Positions 7,666 through 13,516 of a stretch of DNA of 13,516 bases are shown here, piece after piece. The stretch comes from Candidatus Methylomirabilia bacterium (lineage in GTDB: Bacteria > Methylomirabilota > Methylomirabilia > Rokubacteriales > CSP1-6), in NCBI GenBank assembly GCA_046758965.1, contig JBHIBG010000073.1, positions 1-13,516 of the forward strand. The letters are read 5' to 3'. Each line of letters opens with the position of its first letter. Positions within the stretch are counted from its first letter, which is position 1. The translations under genes and the position numbers were made by a program. The notes under the pieces were generated by a model. That model did no database searches. It was not told the DNA's origin and was given only the letters and a program-made list of their open reading frames with translations.

Positions 7666-8052
7666 ATGGCTGCGTTCGTATTCTGGACGGGGATCTATAA
7701 CATAGTAGCCGCCATTTCGTTCTTCTTCCCACGTTTCTTGCACATGCTCCGCATTCAGACACCGGGATCGGTGTTTTGGACTGAACTGATCGCCGTTGTC
7801 GTCATCTACCTGGGGATCGTATTGATTCTCTGCTCCCGCAAACTGGCCGCCCGTGCCTCGATAGTCTATTGGGAGGGATATACGCGGGTTATGGCCTTTC
7901 TTCTGATGGCATGGTTCGGCTTTTTCGGAGGCATTGGATTTCTGGTTGGGATTTTGGGGATCATAGATCTGGTCTTCGGCCTTGTTTACATATTCGGCTT
8001 GCCAAGCGCCCTCAACACCACCCATGGAAAGCTGCTTTTGGACGGAGTCTGA
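7666..8052 (+). CDS. hypothetical integral membrane protein (about 4 TM helices)
   Basis: 128 aa from the ATG after GGGGAGG, with four hydrophobic stretches and lower GC than its flanks. Confidence 0.75.
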   Translation: MAAFVFWTGIYNIVAAISFFFPRFLHMLRIQTPGSVFWTELIAVVVIYLGIVLILCSRKLAARASIVYWEGYTRVMAFLLMAWFGFFGGIGFLVGILGIIDLVFGLVYIFGLPSALNTTHGKLLLDGV

Positions 8053-8256
8053 CAGCGAAGTGGCCCAACTCGCACTAGCATCAGCCATGCTCCTGGAGGG
8101 GCTCCTGACGCCGGGAGCGGTAGGCCCGGCAGCCGCCGGCGCGGGTTCGGCCGGGAGCGGGGGACCGGCGGAGGAGGAGCGCTTTTATCCTTCCTAGCCC
8201 GATGAAAAAGGTTGGACAGAGCTGAGTCTGCAAATCAAAAAGAGGCGAGATGGCTC

Positions 8257-8990
8257 GTGGAACCGGACAAGCCGAGTAGGACCGCTCTCATCGCGGCGTT
8301 CATTCGTGCGCATCACCACGCTTACGATCATCCGAGCATCTTTGAGGATCCTTATGCCCACCTGTTGCTCACGGCTTCCCAACGCGAGTTCATTGAAACC
8401 ATTGCCATCGATACTGTGACTAAGCTGGACCCGAAGTCCGTTGAGTCGTGCCCCGACCGCGCTGCTGTGCTCTCGCTCGCGCTACGAAGCGGCGCCTCGC
8501 CCGGATGGATCTTGGCCCGCGCACGCTACGCAGAAGAGAAGCTGGCAGAGGTGGTAGAAGGCCCCGTGCGCCAGTACGTGCTGCTCGGGGCCGGGCTGGA
8601 CATGTTCGCATTCGGGCGCTCCGACCTTCGAGAACTTGTCCAGGTATTCGAGATCGATCAGGTGGCGACCCAGGCCTTCAAACGCCAGCGACCATCCGAA
8701 GCCGGCCTTGAGTTGCCACCGAACCTTCACTTCGCTGCGGCGGACTTTGAGAGGGAGAAGGTCGCTCATAGACTGCGACTCGCGATGGATACGGCCCGTC
8801 GTCAGGGAGAGCCACTTATCTCCGGCTTTGATCCGGAGCGGGCCGGTAGCGAACTCTCGCAGGTTGGCTTTCGCATACTCGAGGATCTGGGCCTGAAGAC
8901 CTACAGGCGCGCTACTTCCGGCATCGCACTGATGGCTGGCGTGCGACCGAGCACGTACACTTCGTCTGCGCGGATGTCACCGGCAGTTGA
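8257..8990 (+). pseudogene. SAM-dependent methyltransferase (LCM/TIGR00027-like), internally deleted and frameshifted
   Basis: PSRTAL.AAFIRAHH, IFEDPYA, ARARYAEE, QYVLLGAGLD, VFEIDQ and LHF.AADFE. The family's WLGV..YL segment is absent after about 8766. After EDLG (about 8892) the native-looking end PEDLQARYFRHRTDGWRATEHVHFVCADVTGS* lies in a shifted frame, stopping at 8988-8990. Confidence 0.82.
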
Positions 8991-8993
8991 GGG

Positions 8994-9137
8994 CGGCCTC
9001 ACGATTCCCCCGACCGTCCTCTTCCGGGCGGACAGGGTGATCAAGTAACGGAGGAGTGCCATGAAGCTCAGAGCATTCGCGCTCATCCTCACCCTCACCC
9101 TCGGCCTGCTCGCCGCGCCGCTGCCGGTCGAGGCGCA
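8994..9137 (+). repeat. 144-bp perfect direct repeat, copy 1 (SBP 3' end + stop + RBS + signal peptide)
   Basis: Base-for-base identical to 10005-10148 (offset 1011 bp). Encodes GLTIPPTVLFRADRVIK*, then CGGAGGAGTGCC, then MKLRAFALILTLTLGLLAAPLPVEAQ. Confidence 0.97.
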
Positions 9138-10059
9138 ACGGTCTGAGAAATTGCCGCGGATTGGCCATCTTTCATTCTGGGTACCTGATCCTTCCGACCC
9201 CGGTTATCCCTTGGATGAAGCGTTCCGTCAAGGGTTGCGCGACCTCGGCTATGTTGAGGGTCGAAACATTGTGATCGAGTATCGATCGGCACGAAGGCAA
9301 TTGGACCGCGTCCGAGGGCTTGCGGAGGAAGTGATTCGACTCGGAGTTGACGTGATCGTGACGTCGACTGGGAGGTCGACCGGCGTTGTCAAGGAGGTCA
9401 CCAGCACCATCCCGATCGTCATGATGTTCTCAGGTGATGCCGTGAGTCAGGGACTCGTCGCAAGCCTGGCGCGCCCAGGCGGCAACGTCACGGGGCAAAC
9501 TGTCATCTCTCCAGAGCTCAGCGGCAAGCGGCTTGAGATCCTCAAGGAGGCCCTTCCGAGTCTCTCGCGGGTCGGCTTCCTGTGGTGCCCCGGCGACGTG
9601 GTCAATGATCGGAGCCGGAGAGAGACGGAAGCGGCTGCCCGACTCTTGGGGTTAGAGATGCGATCCTTGGGGGTGAAGAGCCCAAGCGATCTGGAGGCAG
9701 TGCTCGATGCGGCGATCGGGCAACGGGTCGAGGCGCTCGTGGTATCAGATTGCCCTCACCGCCTTTCGCCGAGGCCGGTTGCAGGGTTTGCTATCGAGCA
9801 TCGGCTGCCGACTATGTTTCCGTTCGGATCCGACCTCAAGGAGGCTGGCGGACTCATGGCCTATTCGCCGGACCTCCGCGCTCTGGCCCGGCGGGCGGCC
9901 ACCTACGTCGACAAAATCCTCAAAGGCGTTAAGCCCGCTGACCTTCCCGTCGAACAGCCCACGAAGTTCCAGTTGTGGATCAACCTCACGACCGCCAGGG
10001 CCCTCGGCCTCACGATTCCCCCGACCGTCCTCTTCCGGGCGGACAGGGTGATCAAGTAA
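9061..10059 (+). CDS. ABC transporter substrate-binding protein (ABC_sub_bind/PF04392-like) with Sec signal peptide
   Basis: AFRQGLRDLGYVEGRNIVIEYR, TSTIPIVM, GLVASLARPGGNVTG, GKRLEILKE, GGLMAY and YVDKILKG.KPADLPVEQPTKF..INL.TA.ALGLTIP. No permease or ATPase gene nearby. Confidence 0.95.
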   Translation: MKLRAFALILTLTLGLLAAPLPVEAQRSEKLPRIGHLSFWVPDPSDPGYPLDEAFRQGLRDLGYVEGRNIVIEYRSARRQLDRVRGLAEEVIRLGVDVIVTSTGRSTGVVKEVTSTIPIVMMFSGDAVSQGLVASLARPGGNVTGQTVISPELSGKRLEILKEALPSLSRVGFLWCPGDVVNDRSRRETEAAARLLGLEMRSLGVKSPSDLEAVLDAAIGQRVEALVVSDCPHRLSPRPVAGFAIEHRLPTMFPFGSDLKEAGGLMAYSPDLRALARRAATYVDKILKGVKPADLPVEQPTKFQLWINLTTARALGLTIPPTVLFRADRVIK

Positions 10060-10148
10060 CGGAGGAGTGCCATGAAGCTCAGAGCATTCGCGCTCATCCT
10101 CACCCTCACCCTCGGCCTGCTCGCCGCGCCGCTGCCGGTCGAGGCGCA
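10005..10148 (+). repeat. 144-bp perfect direct repeat, copy 2
   Basis: Identical to 8994-9137. Confidence 0.97.
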
Positions 10149-10284
10149 GGAGGCGGGGACGGTGTACCGCATTGGGCACCTGGCGGCGGATAGCCGCGGT
10201 TATCGGGGTGGTGCCCAGATATGGCTTGAGGCCCTCCGTGACCTCGGCTGGGTTGAGGGCCAAAGCGTCGCCGTCGAGCAGCGA
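10072..10284 (+). pseudogene. 3'-truncated ABC substrate-binding protein paralog
   Basis: Identical signal peptide, then a divergent mature N-terminus EAGTVYRIGHLAA...LEALRDLGWVEGQSVAVEQR. Homology ends at about 10284 and the frame runs on to a stop at 10344. Confidence 0.85.
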
Positions 10285-10304
10285 GCGCTGCCCATTGATC
10301 TGAG

Positions 10305-10667
10305 GTGCGCCCATTGGCGAAAAGGCCACGCGCTAACGAGCTGAGCGAGCGACACGCAACGGTGCGGGCGGCGCTCAGGCAGGTACTCAGGGAGAGGCCG
10401 CTCACGGCTCGCGAACTCTCGGCGCGTGTTGGGATCAGCGAGAAAGAAGTCTTCGGCCACCTCGATCACGTAGCGCGCTCGCTCAGGCAGAGCAGCGAGC
10501 GCTTCCGTGTCGAACCGGCGCAATGCCTCGCCTGTGGGTTCGTCTTCAAGGAGCGCACTCGACTGACCAAGCCGTCCAAGTGTCCGGTGTGCAGGAGTCA
10601 GCGCTTGCACCCATCGCGCTTCGTCATCCTCACAGGAGGACCCGAGCGCTCACGATCCTCTCGATAG
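10305..10667 (+). CDS. HTH / Zn-ribbon predicted transcriptional regulator (COG3357-like)
   Basis: LTARELSARVGISEKEVFGHLDHVARSL HTH followed by CLACGFVF...PSKCPVCRS. The real start may be TTG at 10314, after GAGGTG. Confidence 0.85.
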   Translation: MRPLAKRPRANELSERHATVRAALRQVLRERPLTARELSARVGISEKEVFGHLDHVARSLRQSSERFRVEPAQCLACGFVFKERTRLTKPSKCPVCRSQRLHPSRFVILTGGPERSRSSR

Positions 10668-10676
10668 GCCCGTGTG

Positions 10677-10901
10677 GGGCCTCCGGCCAGGAGGCTCTGA
10701 GGTTCCGTTCCACGTATTCACGAAGACCAGGCAGCGGGAGTTCCGCTGCCGCTAGAGGACGCGCGACCGGGCCGCCAACCTCCGGCTCTTCCGGCTGGTA
10801 TCCGAGATCATCCAGGCCATAGGGGCCGGAGTGTTCCACCCGGTAGTGGGTGGCAGTGCCAGGAGTGCCCGTACCGGAGCCGGTACTGGGCGTGGGGGTG
10901 A
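10677..10901 (+). pseudogene. decayed C-terminus of a PD-(D/E)XK (RecB/Cas4-like) nuclease
   Basis: Across frameshifts it reads QEALRFR / FHVFTKTRQREFRCR*RTRDRAANLRLFRLVSEIIQAIGAGVFHPVVG / WQCQECPYRSRYWAWG*. The G.F.P....C..C.Y...(C) end is typical of this family. In-frame TAG at 10753. Confidence 0.65.
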
Positions 10902-10928
10902 GGTCATTAGCTTCAAGAACCGTAGCAG

Positions 10929-10957
10929 TTGACCCTCGTCAGGCGCAGGACTAAGAT
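10929..10957 (+). promoter_or_regulatory. putative sigma70 promoter of the cyclase gene
   Basis: TTGACC, 17 bp spacer, TAAGAT; ends 53 bp upstream of ATG 11011, which has a GGAGG RBS. Confidence 0.6.
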
Positions 10958-11010
10958 CGGCTCACCCTCTGGGAGATCTTCCACCGGCCCGAGTAGTGGA
11001 GGCCCCGGTT

Positions 11011-13515
11011 ATGCAGTGTCCCCGGTGCCAGGCCGAGACGCCGTCTGACGCCGCCTTCTGTCCCAAGTGCGGGGCAAGGCTAAGTGTCGTCTGCCCTCAA
11101 TGCGGGACGGCGAACGCTCCTGACCACAACTTTTGCAAGCAGTGCGGCCAGGGACTGGCGGTCCCCTCCGCAGAAGCGCCAGTCGCAGCCCGGTTCGCCT
11201 CCCCCGACTCCTACACCCCCAAGCACCTCGCCGAGAAGATTCTGACCTCCAAGAGCGCCCTCGAAGGCGAACGCAAGCAGGTCACGGTGCTGTTCGCCGA
11301 TCTGAAGGGCTCCATGGAGCTGCTCGCCGACCGCGATCCTGAGGAGGCGCGAAAGCTCCTCGACCCGGTTCTCGAACGGATGATGGAGGCCGTCCACCGC
11401 TACGAGGGGACCGTGAACCAGGTGATGGGCGACGGGATCATGGCGCTCTTCGGGGCGCCCCTGGCCCACGAGGACCACGCCGTGCGGGCCTGCTACGCGG
11501 CGCTCAGGATGCAAGAGTCGGTGAAGCGGTACGCAGAAGAGGTCCAGCGCACGGTAGGCGTCCCGATCCACATCCGTGTGGGCCTGAACTCGGGCGAGGT
11601 CGTCGTGCGATCCATTGGCAGTGACCTCCATATGGATTACACGGCAGTCGGACAAACCACACATCTGGCCGGGCGGATGGAACAGATGGCGATGCCGGGG
11701 TCAGTCCTGGTCACCGCCGATGCCTTGCGGTTGGCTGAAGGCTATGTGCAGGTCAAACCGCTCGGGCCGGTCTCCGTCAAGGGAGTGAGCGAGCCAGTTG
11801 AGGTCTACGAGGTCACCGGGGCGGGACCGGTGCGGAGACGCTTGGAGGCCGCTGTGGCTCGTGGGCTGACCCGCTTCGTCGGGCGGGATGCGGAACTCGA
11901 TCACCTCCGCAAGGCGTTAGAGCGGTCAGGGGCGGGCCACGGCCAGGTCGTCGGGGTCGTTGGCGAACCGGGTGTGGGCAAATCGCGCCTGTTCTACGAG
12001 TTCACGCACTCGCATCGCACCCACGGCTGGCTGATCCTCGAAAGTGGGTCGGTCTCCTACGGCAAAGCTACCACCTACCTGCCGGTTATCGACCTCCTCA
12101 AGGCGTACTTCCAGATCGAGACCCGTGACGATGCCCGGAAGATGCGTGAGAAGGTCACCGGCAAGCTCCTCACACTGGATCGGGTCTTCGAGCCGATGCT
12201 GCCCGCCTTCCTCTCCCTCCTGGACGTGCCCGTCGAGGACCCTCACTGGCAGGACCTCGATCCCGGCCAACGCCGTCAGCGCACCCTGGAGGCCGTCAAG
12301 CGCCTCCTGCTCAGGGAGAGCCAGGTCCAGCCCCTCTGCGTGGTCTTCGAGGACCTCCACTGGATTGATTCCGAGACCCAGGTGGTCCTGGACAGCCTGA
12401 TCGAGAGCCTCCCGAGTGCCCGTCTCCTGCTGCTGGTGAACTACCGTCCCGAGTACCAGCACGGCTGGGGATCGAAGACCTACTACACCCAACTCCGCAT
12501 CGACCCACTGCCGCCCGAGAGCGCCGAGGAACTCCTCCAGGGCCTCGTGGGGAGGGGCGCCGAGCTTCAGCCGTTCAGACAGCTCCTGATCGAACGGACG
12601 GAGGGCAACCCCTTCTTCCTCGAGGAGAGCGTCCGGACCCTGGTGGAGACCCAGGTCCTCGTCGGCGAGCGCGGGGCCTACCGCCTGGCGAAGCCCGTCC
12701 AGACCATTCAGGTGCCCGCCACGGTCCAGGCAGTCCTGGCAGCGCGGATCGACCGGCTTTCACCCGAGGACAAGCAGCTCCTGCAGTCCGCGTCCGTCAT
12801 CGGTGAAGATGTGCCTTTCACCCTGCTTCAGGCCATCGTCGAGATGCCGGCGGAGGAGTTCGGCCGCGCCCTGAGCCGCCTTCAGACTGTCGAGTTCCTG
12901 TACGAGACGAGCCTGTTCCCGGACCTCGAGTACACCTTCAAGCACGCGCTGACGTACCAGGTCGCGTACAACTCCCTCCTCCACGAGCGGCGGCGCGCCC
13001 TCCACGCCAGGATCGTTGAGGGAATCGAACGGATCCACACCGACCGGGTGGCCGAGCACGCGGAACGGCTCGCCCACCACGCCCTCCGGGGCGAGGTGTG
13101 GGAGAAGGCAGTGAGCTACCTGCGTCAGGCTGGAGCCAAGGCGTTGGCGCGATCGGCTCACAGAGAGTCAGTGGCTAGCTTCGAGCAGGCGCTGGCCGCC
13201 CTGCAGCATCTGCCGCAAACCCCCGAGAGGCTGGAGCAAGCTATCGATCTTCGCTTCGACCTTCGAACTTCGCTCGTTGCTCTCGGAGAACTGGAGAGGG
13301 TCTTCGGGTATCTCCGCGAAGCCGAACGCCTGGCCAGGACACTCGATGACCCACGGCGGCTCGGATGGGTGTCGGTCTACATGAGCCACTACTTCTGGGT
13401 AATGGGTCACCCGACGGAAGCGCGCCCGTTCGCCGAACGCGCCCAAGCCATCGCCGAGGCACTGGGAGACTTCCCGCTCAAGCTCGGCGCGACTTTCTAT
13501 CTCGGCACGGCTTGT
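11011..13515 (+). CDS. double zinc ribbon + class III nucleotide cyclase + AAA/STAND ATPase + TPR protein, 3'-partial
   Basis: Not in the ORF track because there is no stop in the window. MQCPRCQ..FCPKCG..CPQCG..FCKQCG; ERKQVTVLFADLKGS; MGDGIMALFGAP.AHEDHA; Walker A GEPGVGKS (11962-11985); Walker B VVFEDLHW; EGNPFFLEE; ARIDRL; YTFKHAL; then TPR-like helices. Confidence 0.95.
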   Translation, partial: MQCPRCQAETPSDAAFCPKCGARLSVVCPQCGTANAPDHNFCKQCGQGLAVPSAEAPVAARFASPDSYTPKHLAEKILTSKSALEGERKQVTVLFADLKGSMELLADRDPEEARKLLDPVLERMMEAVHRYEGTVNQVMGDGIMALFGAPLAHEDHAVRACYAALRMQESVKRYAEEVQRTVGVPIHIRVGLNSGEVVVRSIGSDLHMDYTAVGQTTHLAGRMEQMAMPGSVLVTADALRLAEGYVQVKPLGPVSVKGVSEPVEVYEVTGAGPVRRRLEAAVARGLTRFVGRDAELDHLRKALERSGAGHGQVVGVVGEPGVGKSRLFYEFTHSHRTHGWLILESGSVSYGKATTYLPVIDLLKAYFQIETRDDARKMREKVTGKLLTLDRVFEPMLPAFLSLLDVPVEDPHWQDLDPGQRRQRTLEAVKRLLLRESQVQPLCVVFEDLHWIDSETQVVLDSLIESLPSARLLLLVNYRPEYQHGWGSKTYYTQLRIDPLPPESAEELLQGLVGRGAELQPFRQLLIERTEGNPFFLEESVRTLVETQVLVGERGAYRLAKPVQTIQVPATVQAVLAARIDRLSPEDKQLLQSASVIGEDVPFTLLQAIVEMPAEEFGRALSRLQTVEFLYETSLFPDLEYTFKHALTYQVAYNSLLHERRRALHARIVEGIERIHTDRVAEHAERLAHHALRGEVWEKAVSYLRQAGAKALARSAHRESVASFEQALAALQHLPQTPERLEQAIDLRFDLRTSLVALGELERVFGYLREAERLARTLDDPRRLGWVSVYMSHYFWVMGHPTEARPFAERAQAIAEALGDFPLKLGATFYLGTAC

Positions 13516-13516
13516 C

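Noticed and set aside
8053..8200. Fifth copy of the A/B repeat or a small ORF (7982-8197)
   Set aside because: Only vague similarity (CCGGCGGA...CTTTTAT) with no AAGGCCT, and the ORF is low-complexity Ala/Gly.
8994..10148. Diversity-generating retroelement TR/VR pair
   Set aside because: The copies are fully identical with no adenine-specific mismatches, and there is no reverse transcriptase in the window.

Overview
GC-rich bacterial window, probably from Methylomirabilota (NC10/Rokubacteria-like). That assignment is inferred from the PF04392-type substrate-binding paralogs and the zinc-ribbon/cyclase/ATPase/TPR gene. The left end (1-3475) looks like core metabolism: a 2-oxoacid:ferredoxin oxidoreductase alpha subunit (5'-partial), a fused beta-gamma subunit and a luciferase-like (LLM) oxidoreductase. 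From about 3500 to 10900 is a mosaic accessory region in which every recognisable gene lies on the + strand except one IS630 fragment. Intact genes there encode a QueG/RdhA-like Fe-S protein, a Cys-rich small protein, an acyl-CoA synthetase, a 4-TM membrane protein, an ABC substrate-binding protein (SBP) and an HTH-Zn-ribbon regulator. They are interleaved with decayed fragments: three SBP remnants, a methyltransferase pseudogene, an IS630 fragment and a PD-(D/E)XK nuclease tail. Two repeat systems stand out. (1) Four related GC-rich non-coding repeats ending in AAGGCCT occur in the order A-cargo-B-cargo-A-cargo-B-cargo, at the borders of unrelated cargo segments, resembling a cassette array without canonical attC sites. 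(2) A perfect 144-bp direct repeat (SBP 3' end + RBS + signal peptide) brackets the one intact SBP gene. The window ends inside a large cyclase-STAND-TPR gene that the ORF track missed.
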